From assembly GCA_963665665.1 (NCBI GenBank), contig OY762428.1:384001-448000 (forward strand): a DNA stretch of 64,000 nt, read 5' to 3'. This document shows, piece after piece, positions 1-10,638 of this stretch. The notes below the pieces were generated by a model, which saw only the letters and a list, made by a program, of their open reading frames with translations, did no database searches and was not told the origin of the DNA. How positions within the stretch are numbered: position 1 is the first letter of the stretch; each line of letters opens with the position of its first letter. Source of the DNA: Candidatus Kapaibacterium sp. (GTDB lineage: Bacteria; Bacteroidota; Ignavibacteria; Kapaibacteriales; UBA2268). A program made the translations under genes and the position numbers.

Positions 1-374
1 AGATAGAAGGGTACCCCAAGTTCTTCTGCAGCCCTTGCCCCGAATTTTTTTGAAATTTCAACACATTCTTCCATAGTAACATTAGCAACTGGTATAAAGG
101 GGCATACATCCATTGCGCCCATACGCGGATGCTCACCACTATGTTTCCGCATATCAATTTTTTCCCGTGCTACTTTGCCAGCGGCAATAGCACCGTCTAT
201 TACAGAATCCGGATCGCCAACAAAAGTATAAACAGTTCTGTTTGTTGATGCCCCAGGATCTACATCGAGAAGTGTAACACCCGGTGTTTCTCTTATTGCC
301 TTTGCTATTGCATCGATTACTTCTTTATCTCGTCCTTCCGAAAAATTCGGAACACATTCTACTATTTTCTTCAT
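1..374 (-). CDS. ftcD: Glutamate formimidoyltransferase, N-terminal part (runs off the left edge)
   Basis: Own translation from ATG at 374: [27 protein letters not shown]...[15 protein letters not shown]...[17 protein letters not shown], the characteristic FTCD N-terminus. Absent from the ORF track because it is truncated. Confidence 0.95.
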   Translation of the reverse strand, partial: MKKIVECVPNFSEGRDKEVIDAIAKAIRETPGVTLLDVDPGASTNRTVYTFVGDPDSVIDGAIAAGKVAREKIDMRKHSGEHPRMGAMDVCPFIPVANVTMEECVEISKKFGARAAEELGVPFY

Positions 375-401
375 AGTTTTTCCGGTCAATTATTTAACAT
401 T

Positions 402-1004
402 TTAAATTTCAAATTTGTAAATTCTAATCTTAATTGCATCAGTTATCCACCTTGAAGTAGAAATATCCATGGGAAAAATGATGCTGCCATTCCTGAAATA
501 GCGCTTTTTTATAGTATCTGATATTTTCTTTATTTGAAGGTGTAACCTTAGATTTACCCGTTTTTTAAATTCTTCGTCAACCCTTGCAAAATCCAGTTTG
601 CCGTCAATTTCTTCAATATCAACAGTATCACCAACCGTTCCAAGCTTTTTATCGAATATCAGAACCGGCATCAGAGGAGTAATATCTTTATCAAAATCAG
701 CAGGAGTAGCAGTTTGAAAGCTCCCGTCAGAAGATTCTATTATTAATATTATCCTGGCATAATCGCCCATCTCGATTTTTGAAAATTGATCTTTAATAAT
801 TTCATCAATAAAAAAACACTGATATTTTCCAATTGATTTTTTTCCTGGAGTATAGAACTGAATATTCTTCGATTCAATTTTTTTTAATAATGATGCCGGA
901 TCAAGGTCAATTTCTCCTTTTAAAACAAGTGACTGCGCGTTTAATTGTACCGAAAATACAATTAAAAGCAAGGTTACAATACCGTATTTAATATTAATAT
1001 TCAT
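402..1004 (-). CDS. Hypothetical exported protein
   Basis: 200-aa ORF with a signal peptide (KYGIVTLLLIVFSVQLNA-Q); no family recognised. Confidence 0.7.
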   Translation of the reverse strand: MNINIKYGIVTLLLIVFSVQLNAQSLVLKGEIDLDPASLLKKIESKNIQFYTPGKKSIGKYQCFFIDEIIKDQFSKIEMGDYARIILIIESSDGSFQTATPADFDKDITPLMPVLIFDKKLGTVGDTVDIEEIDGKLDFARVDEEFKKRVNLRLHLQIKKISDTIKKRYFRNGSIIFPMDISTSRWITDAIKIRIYKFEI

Positions 1005-1157
1005 ATCCGTCTCTATTACTTCAAAAACATCCCTACAAAAATAGTAAGAAGTTCCAAGCTATTAAATTAAAAATTGAAAAATCATTGCAGTCAATCAAAA
1101 TCAATGAAAGATAACAGTACTCGGGATAAACACAAAGGTATTGTTATTCACAAACAG

Positions 1158-1184
1158 AAAAGGAGCCGCCAGGGCTCCTTTTTT
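1158..1184. terminator. Intrinsic terminator downstream of the PTS IIA gene (bidirectional type)
   Basis: aaaaggagcc-gccag-ggctcctttttt hairpin flanked by A and T tracts. Confidence 0.8.
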
Positions 1185-1201
1185 ACAAAGTAATGTGATT
1201 A

Positions 1202-1663
1202 TTATTGATCCTTTTCAATCTCTGTAAGCATTTTTAATACTTCGTCAGTTGTTTTGCATTTCGAAAGGCCCGACCTGAAAGGATCATTATTCATCATGCG
1301 TGATATTTTGCTTAATAAGCGCAGATGATTCCCTACATTAGCTTCCCTGCCAAGAATTAAAAAGACAATATTCACTGGTTTATCATCCAGAGAATCGAAA
1401 TCAACAGGTTCATCCAATATTGCAAGCGAACCAACTGAATCAGTAACGGCGTTTGTTTTTGCATGAGGCAGTGCAATACCCTTGCCAACACCAGTTGACA
1501 TTATTGCTTCGCGGTTCAGAATCTCTTTTTTCGCTTCATCTATATTGCTGATTTTTCCTGATTTCGCCGCCAGGGCTATCATTTTATTAATAACCTCGTC
1601 CTTAGATTCTGCTTTCATTTGCAGTTCAATCGAATCCACGCCAAGTATATCTGTTACCATCAT
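1202..1663 (-). CDS. PTS EIIA component, fructose/nitrogen-regulatory (PtsN-like) family
   Basis: REAIMSTGVGKGIALPHAK motif with the phospho-His; DFDSLDDKPVNIVFL; HLRLLSKISR. Confidence 0.9.
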   Translation of the reverse strand: MMVTDILGVDSIELQMKAESKDEVINKMIALAAKSGKISNIDEAKKEILNREAIMSTGVGKGIALPHAKTNAVTDSVGSLAILDEPVDFDSLDDKPVNIVFLILGREANVGNHLRLLSKISRMMNNDPFRSGLSKCKTTDEVLKMLTEIEKDQ

Positions 1664-1763
1664 TTTATCTATCCCGCATTATGCTTTTTTTCATCGCTTT
1701 ATAACTTCTGCATCGAAAGCAGAATACTAAATTCGTTAATTAAATGATTAATTCCAAAAAATG

Positions 1764-4274
1764 TTACTCATCCTCGTTCAGCCACTGCTGAATAAGGGAA
1801 CTGTATTTTCTTGCAAGGAACAAAGCTTTATCCGGCTGATCACTTTCTCCGTAAATCCCGAATAGTTTTCTTTCTTTAGAAGGTAAAAATAAAACGGAAT
1901 CACCATTTTCGAAGAAAATTTTAACACCTTCCACCAACTGGCGTTCATATTCCTCAGAATATTTCATTGCCTTGCGCATAATTTTACCTTTGTAATCCCA
2001 AGGACAATCCACATCTATCTGGTGCTGGAATCTTCTTGGTAATTCCTCATCAAGTTTTGAAAGGCTATAACCGGTTTTTGCCATCATCTCCAGCGTTTGG
2101 CCTACCGAGAACATACCGTCAGAGGCAAACAGGAAGTCCCTGAATATATAACCCCCAAAAGGGCCGCCTACAAACAGTACTTCAGGATCTTTTGTAGCAT
2201 CCATCATGGACATGTGAGAGTTCTGTATTCTGACAATTTCTACGTTATAATCCTTTGCAATTTCTTCTATCTCGCCACGAGCAAGAATCGAAACAGCAAT
2301 TTTGTAAGGTTCTCTGTGTTTATGTGTTTCCAGGTAAAGCTTAGTCATTATTGTAAGAAGCCTTAGCGGAGTAAACCATTTGCCTCTTTCATCGATAAGG
2401 GAAATTTTTTCGGCACCGGCTTCCAGCCTGAAACCAAGTTCATAACCGAGGGCACTCATTATCTTCCCTGTATTGTCAGAATCTTTCTTCTCCATCCACG
2501 GGTCAGGATGGAACCTTGTAGCATCAACATAATCATTCAATGAAAGAGCCTCGGCTCCGAGTTTTCCAAGGATTGAAGGGAAAATTGTTGAGGCCAGGCC
2601 AAAGGAATAATCCATTAAGAGCTTGAATTTTCTGGAACCAATCAATTCAGTGTCCAGGGATTCTATAAAACGGTTTACATATATTTCATTGGCTCTTTCA
2701 GGATAATTGATTTTTCCGACAGAATCATGGTGAACCCTTTTAATATCCTCTCCAAAAAAGAATCTTTCAATTGATTTTGTCTTGGATATTGATATATCCC
2801 TGCCGTCTTTGTTAAATATTATGATATCTGTTTTGTTCGGGTCGCGAGGTGAACGCCTTACATGGAATCCCCCCTGGTATCTGCCTGTTGTTAATTCCTG
2901 CCTTGTTTGCGGAATTGATACAACCTGGAGGTCGTTTACATTTGAGCCAACGGAAACCAGGCCGGCACTTATTGAACGTTTCATTATCCTTGACACCCTG
3001 TCTGGATCGCGGCTTGCAATCAGATTAACGTTCTGCCCCAGAGCCATACCTATTGCAGAACCCAATTTTGCACCAAATTCAGGGTTGATCTCAATATTTG
3101 AAAGGCCGGATATCCTGGCATCAGTAAATAGTTCGCGAAGCCATTTCTCTTCCTGAACCAGAGAACGACTGAGTATAGCACCGGATTCAACATTTTTGTC
3201 AGGCCATAATTTAATATTCGGATTCAGCCTGGCATCTTCTCCGATATGACAATTCTCGGATATAAATACGTTATCCGATATTGCAGCAGCAGTTTCAATA
3301 ACTGAATTATTGCAGACCACATCATGTGAAAGCTCGGCAAAATCGCCAACTTTTACATTATTCCAGAGTGTTGTACCGTTCAGGTTAGCTCCAGTTCCAA
3401 TAGTGCAGTTATCACCAATTACACAATCAGTTAGAACCGTATGTTCTCCGATTTGGCAATTATTACCGATTATATTTCTTCCGATCAATTTAGTAGAAGG
3501 ATTTATTACAGTATTATCACCTATATATGATTCACCGTTTCGAATACCTTTATATTTCAAATCAACTTTTCCGGACAGCGCATCAGCCTGCCCGCTTTGA
3601 TATTCATTCAGGTTACCAATATCACGCCAGTATCCGTCAGCAATATATCCGTAAAGTGGCATTTTCTTTGCAAGCATTGTAGGAAATAAATCCTTGCTAA
3701 AATCAAATTCCTCCCTGAATGGAATAAGATCAAGGACTTCAGGCTCGAGTATATATATCCCGGTATTGATAGTATCAGAAAATACCTGCCCCCACGATGG
3801 TTTTTCAAGGAAGCGGGTAATTTTGCCGTTATCATCAGTCATTACTATTCCGAACTGCAAAGGTTTTGTAACCCTGGTAAGAAGAATAGTTGCTTTGGCA
3901 CCTTTTTCTTTATGAAATTCAAGGGCCTTTGTCAGGTCAAAATCAGTTAGCACGTCGCCGCTGATAATTATAAATCGGCTGTCGAGATGTTCATGAGCAT
4001 TTTTAACAGCACCAGCAGTACCATAGTCAGCCTGTGCTGTAACATAGTTCATATTTATACCATGCTTGGAACCGTCTTCAAAATAATTAGTGATAACATC
4101 AGGATGGAAATACAGTACTGATACTACATCATTTACACCATGTTTTTTAAGAAGGTTTACAATATGCCCCATCATCGGTGTATTGGCAACTGGTGCCATT
4201 GGTTTTGGTATTGTCATTGTTAAGGGCCTGAGCCTGGTTCCAAAACCGCCTGCCATGATAACTGCTTTTTTCAT
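1764..4274 (-). CDS. Mannose-1-phosphate guanylyltransferase (NTP transferase + left-handed beta-helix) fused to a phosphohexomutase-like domain
   Basis: MAGGFGTRLRPLT, GTAGAV, FLEKP and YWRDIG motifs; hexapeptide repeats; C-terminal PGM/PMM-like domains. Confidence 0.9.
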   Translation of the reverse strand: MKKAVIMAGGFGTRLRPLTMTIPKPMAPVANTPMMGHIVNLLKKHGVNDVVSVLYFHPDVITNYFEDGSKHGINMNYVTAQADYGTAGAVKNAHEHLDSRFIIISGDVLTDFDLTKALEFHKEKGAKATILLTRVTKPLQFGIVMTDDNGKITRFLEKPSWGQVFSDTINTGIYILEPEVLDLIPFREEFDFSKDLFPTMLAKKMPLYGYIADGYWRDIGNLNEYQSGQADALSGKVDLKYKGIRNGESYIGDNTVINPSTKLIGRNIIGNNCQIGEHTVLTDCVIGDNCTIGTGANLNGTTLWNNVKVGDFAELSHDVVCNNSVIETAAAISDNVFISENCHIGEDARLNPNIKLWPDKNVESGAILSRSLVQEEKWLRELFTDARISGLSNIEINPEFGAKLGSAIGMALGQNVNLIASRDPDRVSRIMKRSISAGLVSVGSNVNDLQVVSIPQTRQELTTGRYQGGFHVRRSPRDPNKTDIIIFNKDGRDISISKTKSIERFFFGEDIKRVHHDSVGKINYPERANEIYVNRFIESLDTELIGSRKFKLLMDYSFGLASTIFPSILGKLGAEALSLNDYVDATRFHPDPWMEKKDSDNTGKIMSALGYELGFRLEAGAEKISLIDERGKWFTPLRLLTIMTKLYLETHKHREPYKIAVSILARGEIEEIAKDYNVEIVRIQNSHMSMMDATKDPEVLFVGGPFGGYIFRDFLFASDGMFSVGQTLEMMAKTGYSLSKLDEELPRRFQHQIDVDCPWDYKGKIMRKAMKYSEEYERQLVEGVKIFFENGDSVLFLPSKERKLFGIYGESDQPDKALFLARKYSSLIQQWLNEDE

Positions 4275-4901
4275 TAAGAATAATCTCCCGGGGAAATTAG
4301 TGAATTTTAACTTGATAAAAGACGCATCTATTTACTGATTATTTTTTCTATTTAACTTACGATATTTTTAATAGAACGCGAATCTACAATATATGATAAA
4401 TTTTAAAGAGCACCAATCCATATTGCCTGAATAATTAATATTTTCAAACCAGTCGCAACAATTTTATATCTAAAACATCTAATAAGTTTTTTAAATATCA
4501 TTGCCAACAAGGAATGTAATTTTTCTCGCATATAATTAAATAATTTCCCCTACGCCCCATTCTTCAGGAACTGAATCATTTACTTAGAAGTTCACGCTTT
4601 GAGTTCGATTAAGAAAGCATTCTTTTACCCAAATATAATTAACGGATAATGAAAGAACTATTCAGGGTATCCTTATACCCACGCAAAATTGGAGAAGAAT
4701 TATCCGGTCCTTTTTTTTTCATAGAATATCCGAAATAAAGTATAATACTTCACCCCGAATTCCTGGCATTTCTCCGAGAAAATAAAAGAAAACTGAACCT
4801 CTGCTTCAAAGGATAATTACATTACAATACCAGGGTTTCGTGACAGGTATACATAAATAAGCATCATGTGCTATCCACAAATAAATTTGAAGGTAAATAA
4901 A

Positions 4902-5882
4902 CTACTTCAGCTTTTCGATATCCTCCCTTTTTAAACCTGTGGCAAGAATTATTACATCAATTGGCATTCCTTTATGCAACATATTCACGGCCACTTCAAG
5001 TTTTCCTTGCAGCCTACCTTCTTCTCGTCCTTCTTCTCGTCCTTCTTCTCGTCCTTCTTCTCGTCCTTCTTCTCGTCCTTCTTCTCGTCCTTCTTCTCGT
5101 CCCTCCTCTCGCCCTTCTTCTCGTCCCTCCTCTCGCCCTTCTTCTCGTCCTTCGTCGCGCGCTGTATCAATTGAATTTTTCAAGTCCCTGTAATATTTCA
5201 GACTGTCTTCGTAGTTCATTACCTGCTGTGGGGTAAATTTAGCTATCTCGGCTATTTCAAAAAGCTTTTCGAAAATTCTTTCCCTAAATTTATCAGGAAG
5301 GCGATCCAGCCTGTTTAAATTCCTGAGTACATAAAGCCACTTATCAAAACGCGTTTGCAGCTGATCAATAGTTTTGTTAAACTTCGGCATTTCAAGATAG
5401 ATAAATGTCCATTTGTCATAAAATACTTCATGGCTGTCTATATCGCTCAATTTAACATTGTAGCGAAATTTTTCCGGTTCGTTTTTATCTTCGTCAAAAA
5501 CAAAATCAAGTATGGCAATGGTATAAACAGGTTTCAGTTCATAGTTCCAATCGCCGCGTTTGGCCTGATCCTTAATTGGAAAAGTAGAATAATAAACTGT
5601 TCTGTCCTTAAAATAATTCTGTTTAGTTTTCTGAAGCTCAACAATAAATTTTTCACCTTTTTCATTTTCGCAGAACAGATCGAAAATAGCCCTTCTATCA
5701 GCTTCAGCGGAAGGAAGATTCTCGCTTTTCAGGTAAGTCAGATCTTTGATTTCTCCCTGTTCTTCTCTGAGCAGCTCATTAAGAAAATCAAGTAAAAGAT
5801 CTTTATTAGGTTCTTCGCCGAAAAGCTTTTTAAAACCGTAATCGGTGAATGGATTTATATATTTTTCTTCAAAATAGTACAT
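4902..5882 (-). CDS. Rpn family PD-(D/E)XK nuclease / putative transposase
   Basis: NPFTDYGFKKLFG, RRAIFDLFC...FIVELQ, DRTVYY and FIYLEMPKF motifs; C-terminal EEGR repeats plus a small helical domain ending ATGLKREDIEKL. Confidence 0.92.
   Translation of the reverse strand: MYYFEEKYINPFTDYGFKKLFGEEPNKDLLLDFLNELLREEQGEIKDLTYLKSENLPSAEADRRAIFDLFCENEKGEKFIVELQKTKQNYFKDRTVYYSTFPIKDQAKRGDWNYELKPVYTIAILDFVFDEDKNEPEKFRYNVKLSDIDSHEVFYDKWTFIYLEMPKFNKTIDQLQTRFDKWLYVLRNLNRLDRLPDKFRERIFEKLFEIAEIAKFTPQQVMNYEDSLKYYRDLKNSIDTARDEGREEGREEGREEGREEGREEGREEGREEGREEGREEGREEGREEGRLQGKLEVAVNMLHKGMPIDVIILATGLKREDIEKLK
5017..5160 (-). repeat. 12-bp tandem repeat x12 encoding DEGR/EEGR
   Basis: ccttcttctcgt x7 (5017-5100), then ccctcctctcgc and ccttcttctcgt alternating twice, then ccttcgtcgcgc. 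Confidence 0.97.
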
Positions 5883-5991
5883 ATATTACCTCGAACCTTT
5901 ATTATCACTAAAACTAATACGTCCAGTACCATAATTTAGCATAAATTAATAATTATGTTCAATAATGCAAAGCATTTTTGGTTATTCTAAC

Positions 5992-6019
5992 AAAAAACCG
6001 CCGGAGAAAACTCCGGCGG
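5992..6019 (-). terminator. Intrinsic terminator of hppA
   Basis: ccgccggag-aaaa-ctccggcgg 9-bp stem, followed by a U6 tract on the minus strand. Confidence 0.9.
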
Positions 6020-6048
6020 CAGAAGGAAAAAATTTATTATATCAATTA

Positions 6049-8235
6049 TTACAGGGAAGCTGCAATAACGAGTGAAACAACAGACATCAGCTTGATAAGG
6101 ATATTAAGTGACGGGCCGGATGTATCTTTGAAAGGATCACCAACTGTATCGCCAGTAACGGCTGCTTTATGCGGTTCTGATCCTTTGTAGTATTTTTTGC
6201 CATTAATTTCAACGCCTTCTTCGAACATTTTCTTTGCATTATCCCATGCGCCACCTGCATTTGACTGGAAGATAGCCATAAGAACACCTGTTACGGTAAC
6301 GCCTGCAAGCATACCTGCAAGTACCTCTGCTTCGAAAACGAAACCAACAACAACAGGAACGATAACTGCCAGAAGTCCCGGAAGAACCATTTCTTTGATT
6401 GAAGATTTTGTTGAAATATCGACACATTTTGCATATTCAGCTTTACCTTCGGCAGCTTCATAAGTTTTCTTGTCAGCATCAGACCATTTTGAATGATCCT
6501 CGCCTTTTTCTCTCATAATTTTAAGAGCAGCTGTAAGTTCCGGAATATCCTTGAACTGACGGCGTACTTCCTGGATCATAGCCATGGCAGCGCGGCCAAC
6601 AGCACCCATTGCAAGAGCTGAGAAAACAAATGGCATAATACCCCCAACAAACAGGCCGGCCATAACATTTGCTTTTGAAATATCAATTGATGTGATATGT
6701 GCTGCTGTCATGAAAGCTCCAAAAAGAGCAAGAGCAGTAAGAGCAGCAGAACCGATGGCAAAACCTTTACCGATGGCAGCAGTAGAGTTACCTACAGCAT
6801 CAAGTTTATCAGTACGTTCGCGAACTTCACTCGGAAGTTCAGCCATTTCAGCAATACCGCCTGCGTTATCAGCAACTGGTCCGTAAGCATCAACAGCAAG
6901 CTGAATACCTGTTGTAGCAAGCATACCAACAGCTGCGATAGCTATACCATAAAGGCCTGCAAAATGGAATGAACCCATGATAGCGCCAGCAATAAGAAGA
7001 ACAGGAATAGCTGTTGACATCATACCTGTGCCCAGGCCTGCGATAATATTTGTAGCGCCTCCGGTAAGTGACTGCTGTGCAATTTTTACAACAGGAGGTT
7101 TGCCAAGGCCGGTGTAATATTCAGTTATTGCACCAATACCAAGGCCTGCTACGAGTCCGATAATAGTTGACCAGAAAACACCGAGTGAGGTTATAGTTCT
7201 TTCTGCTCCGTAAAGTAAATCCATATAAGTCCAGGATTCAGGAAGAATCCATTTTATGATAAAGAAGGATACAGCAATCATTACAATACCAGCAAGATAG
7301 GTACCTGTATTTAATGCCGCCTGCGGGTTACCGCCTTCTTTAACGTTCACAAAGAATGTACCGAAAATGGAAACAAGGATGCCTGCCCCGGCAAGAAACA
7401 GCGGAAGCAGGATTGCTGCCAATGGGTTAACACCCTCCATACCGGCAAAAGTAGAAATAAATGCAGTACCGAGAACCATAGTACCGATAATCGAACCAAC
7501 ATAAGATTCAAAAAGGTCTGCTCCCATACCGGCAACGTCGCCCACGTTATCGCCCACGTTATCAGCGATAGTTGCAGGATTCAGCGGGTGATCTTCGGGA
7601 ATACCTGCTTCAACTTTACCCACCAGGTCAGCACCAACATCAGCTGCTTTGGTATAAATACCGCCGCCAACCCTGGCAAACAGAGCGATTGATGAAGCGC
7701 CAAATGAGAAACCAGTCAATACTGTAATCACTTTAGATACAGTTGCAGGATCATCGCCCGGCCACATCTGAGAATAGATTATGAACAGAACACTAAGCCC
7801 AATAACACCAAGGCCTACAACGCCCATACCCATAACCGAACCACCTGTGAAAGCAACTTTAAGAGCTGAGTTAAGGCTTGTCTGTGCTGCATTTGTTGTT
7901 CTGACATTAGCTTTAGTAGCTATTTTCATACCGATAAAACCGGCAAGTGCAGAGCAAATTGCACCAACAATAAACGAAAGAGCAACAAGCGGTGATGATG
8001 TTTCACCAAGTGCGCCACCCTGAATACCAAGCAAAATTGCAACAATAACAACGAAGATTGCCAGCATTTTGTATTCTGCCCTGAGGAAAGCCATAGCCCC
8101 GTCAGCAATAAATTTTGCGATATTCTTCATTTTGTCGTTACCGGGATCCTGCTTTGTGACCCAGGCAGATTTTACATAAGTAAACAGAAGCGCTAAAATT
8201 CCGACTGCCGGAATTGCATAGAGAATCGTATCCAT
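6049..8235 (-). CDS. hppA: Membrane-bound K+-dependent pyrophosphatase, probably Na+-translocating
   Basis: [20 protein letters not shown] and [10 protein letters not shown] motifs. GNSTAAIGK has Ala at the K+-dependence position. ADLFESYVG has Glu at the position typical of Na+-PPases. Confidence 0.95.
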   Translation of the reverse strand: MDTILYAIPAVGILALLFTYVKSAWVTKQDPGNDKMKNIAKFIADGAMAFLRAEYKMLAIFVVIVAILLGIQGGALGETSSPLVALSFIVGAICSALAGFIGMKIATKANVRTTNAAQTSLNSALKVAFTGGSVMGMGVVGLGVIGLSVLFIIYSQMWPGDDPATVSKVITVLTGFSFGASSIALFARVGGGIYTKAADVGADLVGKVEAGIPEDHPLNPATIADNVGDNVGDVAGMGADLFESYVGSIIGTMVLGTAFISTFAGMEGVNPLAAILLPLFLAGAGILVSIFGTFFVNVKEGGNPQAALNTGTYLAGIVMIAVSFFIIKWILPESWTYMDLLYGAERTITSLGVFWSTIIGLVAGLGIGAITEYYTGLGKPPVVKIAQQSLTGGATNIIAGLGTGMMSTAIPVLLIAGAIMGSFHFAGLYGIAIAAVGMLATTGIQLAVDAYGPVADNAGGIAEMAELPSEVRERTDKLDAVGNSTAAIGKGFAIGSAALTALALFGAFMTAAHITSIDISKANVMAGLFVGGIMPFVFSALAMGAVGRAAMAMIQEVRRQFKDIPELTAALKIMREKGEDHSKWSDADKKTYEAAEGKAEYAKCVDISTKSSIKEMVLPGLLAVIVPVVVGFVFEAEVLAGMLAGVTVTGVLMAIFQSNAGGAWDNAKKMFEEGVEINGKKYYKGSEPHKAAVTGDTVGDPFKDTSGPSLNILIKLMSVVSLVIAASL

Positions 8236-8863
8236 AAGCTCTACTTATAATTGTTAATAATAAAATTAATATATCTAAGCGAATAGTCTTATTCCGTTTT
8301 TAGTAAGAATAGCGCTTTTCACGTTAAGCACATATCCCATATCTTAGCCCAAGCGTATCATTCAAATAACATCCACCAATAAGTTAATGAATAAATAAAA
8401 TAAATCAAAAATAATTTCATTCTAAGGGTAATTATCTTTTTTTCTCTGTAAAGCAGATGTTGCAGCTTATTAACCTTAACAGAATAAGAAGTTATCATGC
8501 AAATCATTTTTTTTCATTTTTTTTAAAATTAAAAATTCATATTTAGTCACTGATTTCCATCATTTAAATCAATAGAATTTCAATCTAAATCCAAACATTT
8601 TTCCAATGAAAACAGAAATTTGAAATAAAAAAAAATTATTGAATTATTCGAAATTCATGGAATTTTTAAAATTTTATTCGTATCTTTTGCAGGGAAATAG
8701 CTAACAGTAATATTGCAGGCATAATAGTTGCATTCCAAATGACCAATCGGTTGATAACTGCCTGATAAAATGATAAAATAGTTTGTTATAGATCAGAATT
8801 TGATAATATCATTATTTATTTTCAAATATCAACTTGTTTCATATTATACCTGAAGGATTTAAA

Positions 8864-9742
8864 ATGAATATTAAAAAAGTTCTCGTTCTCGGCGCCGGAA
8901 CAATGGGAAACGGAATAGCCCATGTATTTGCTCAAACAGGATTTGAAGTTCTACTTTGTGATATTGACGAAAATGCGCTGAACAAGGCAGTTGCTACTAT
9001 CGAAAAGAATCTTGGAAGGCAGCTAAAAAAAGGAAAGATTAGCGAAGACGACGTTAAAAATACAATGGCAAATATCAATACGTCTACCAACATGGAAGAT
9101 GCAGCAGATGTTGACATAGCTATTGAAGCTGCTACTGAAAACAAAGAAATTAAATTTAAACTTTTCGAAAAAATGAGCGAAATTACCAGCGATGATGTTA
9201 TTCTTGCTTCAAACACTTCCACTATTTCAATAACCGAAATTGCCGCTCATACAAATCGCCCTGACAAAGTAATAGGTATGCATTTCATGAACCCGGTTCC
9301 TGTGATGAAACTCGTGGAAGTTATCAGGGGCCTGATTACAAGTGACGAATGCTACAATGATGTTAAAGAATTATCAGAAAAACTGGGTAAAATACCGGTT
9401 GTTGCAAATGATTATCCCGGATTTATTGCCAACCGGATTTTAATGCCCCTGATTAACGAGGCTGTTTTCGCAGTGATGGAATCAGTTGGAACAGTTGACG
9501 CTATCGATAATGTTGCTAAACTTGGACTGGCACATCCCATGGGCCCACTATTCCTTGCAGACCTGATTGGCCTGGACGTAACCCTTGCCATTATGAAAGT
9601 GCTTCATGAAGATATCGGCGATCCGCGCTTCCGTCCATGCCCCCTTCTTAAGAAGATGGTTGCGGCAGGATACTTTGGAAGAAAATCAGGAAAAGGCTTC
9701 TATGATTATAGCGGAGAAGCTCCTGTTCCAATTAAGTTCTGA
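8864..9742 (+). CDS. hbd: 3-hydroxybutyryl-CoA dehydrogenase
   Basis: [35 protein letters not shown] and PMGP motifs. Start moved to ATG 8864, which has aagga upstream. Confidence 0.93.
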   Translation: MNIKKVLVLGAGTMGNGIAHVFAQTGFEVLLCDIDENALNKAVATIEKNLGRQLKKGKISEDDVKNTMANINTSTNMEDAADVDIAIEAATENKEIKFKLFEKMSEITSDDVILASNTSTISITEIAAHTNRPDKVIGMHFMNPVPVMKLVEVIRGLITSDECYNDVKELSEKLGKIPVVANDYPGFIANRILMPLINEAVFAVMESVGTVDAIDNVAKLGLAHPMGPLFLADLIGLDVTLAIMKVLHEDIGDPRFRPCPLLKKMVAAGYFGRKSGKGFYDYSGEAPVPIKF

Positions 9743-9827
9743 TATATTCGTTCATTAATATAGAATTGTTCCTTATAGGGGGAAATATTATTGATAATCA
9801 CATCTATCATGAAATACAGGAGTACAC

Positions 9828-10526
9828 ATGAGAGGTAAAGAACAAAAATTTGACTCGGACGACCCGAATGTATTGGCCGCTTACCAGGCTGAAACTCAGG
9901 GGCAATACTTAAAAGCGATTGAACATTATGAAAAAGCTCTGGAAGACAATCCGGATCTTGGAATAGTTTTCAAACATGCAGGTAACATCCGCTACCGGCT
10001 TGGTATGCTGGACAAAGCTGTTGAAAATCTTGAAAGAGCCTGCGAGCTTCTCCCGGATTTCCCGACTGCATGGTATGACCTTGCACTCGCATATTACCGC
10101 CAAGGCAAGATCAAAATAGCGATCGAAAAACTGGATAAAGTAATTAAAATGGATTCAACATTCCTGATGGCATTTTACTGGAAGGGAATTCTTTCATACC
10201 ACTATGGCGATCTTTTTGTTGCCAGAGAGCAATTTTCAAGAGTAACCAGGGAAGCCCCGGATTTCACAATTGCACATTTTCACCTTGGTGTTGTACATCT
10301 CAGGCTGGGCAAATACGAAGAAGCCGTTGAAAACTTTGCGTTTCTTATAGGGAAAAATCCGGAAAGCCCCGCAGCATATACTCTGAAAGGCGAAGCACTG
10401 CTTAATCTTGAAAGAAATTCTGAAGCAAGAAAATGCTTCAAGGAAGCTTTAAAATATGATCCTAACGATCAGAAAGCCAAAAACGGCCTTGCAGCCTGCG
10501 ATTTCTACAAAGGGGATCATTTTTAA
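9828..10526 (+). CDS. Tetratricopeptide repeat protein
   Basis: About six consecutive 34-aa TPR units; aggag SD upstream. Confidence 0.88.
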   Translation: MRGKEQKFDSDDPNVLAAYQAETQGQYLKAIEHYEKALEDNPDLGIVFKHAGNIRYRLGMLDKAVENLERACELLPDFPTAWYDLALAYYRQGKIKIAIEKLDKVIKMDSTFLMAFYWKGILSYHYGDLFVAREQFSRVTREAPDFTIAHFHLGVVHLRLGKYEEAVENFAFLIGKNPESPAAYTLKGEALLNLERNSEARKCFKEALKYDPNDQKAKNGLAACDFYKGDHF

Positions 10527-10543
10527 TTAAATATTTGTTACTT

Positions 10544-10578
10544 AAAAAGCCCTTTCTTTCCCGGAGAGGGCTTTTTTT
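10544..10578 (+). terminator. Intrinsic terminator of hbd-TPR
   Basis: aaaaagccct...agggcttttttt. Confidence 0.85.
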
Positions 10579-10580
10579 AT

Positions 10581-10609
10581 AAAAAATGGCTGCCCAAACG
10601 GACAGCCAA
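10581..10609 (-). terminator. Intrinsic terminator of the OPT gene, back-to-back with the previous one
   Basis: Minus strand reads tggctgtcc-gttt-gggcagcca-ttttt. Confidence 0.8.
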
Positions 10610-10638
10610 ATGAATTTGAAGTATTTCAGTCTTCGGAA

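Noticed and set aside
4544-4816. Protein-like reading frame with three internal TAA stops (…IILHPEFLAFLRENKRKL…), possible pseudogene
   Set aside because: Stop spacing is compatible with random AT-rich DNA and no family was recognised; a BLASTX search would decide.
5017-5160. Possible CRISPR array
   Set aside because: Contiguous coding tandem repeat without spacers; no cas genes in the window.
4939-5236. Four overlapping short ORFs (SSRP, LLVL, SSFF and DEKK repeats)
   Set aside because: Alternative-frame readings of the stop-free 12-bp repeat inside the Rpn gene.
8738-8756. TetR-like operator (gaccaatcggtt) upstream of hbd
   Set aside because: Short, imperfect palindrome, single copy, and no regulator gene nearby.
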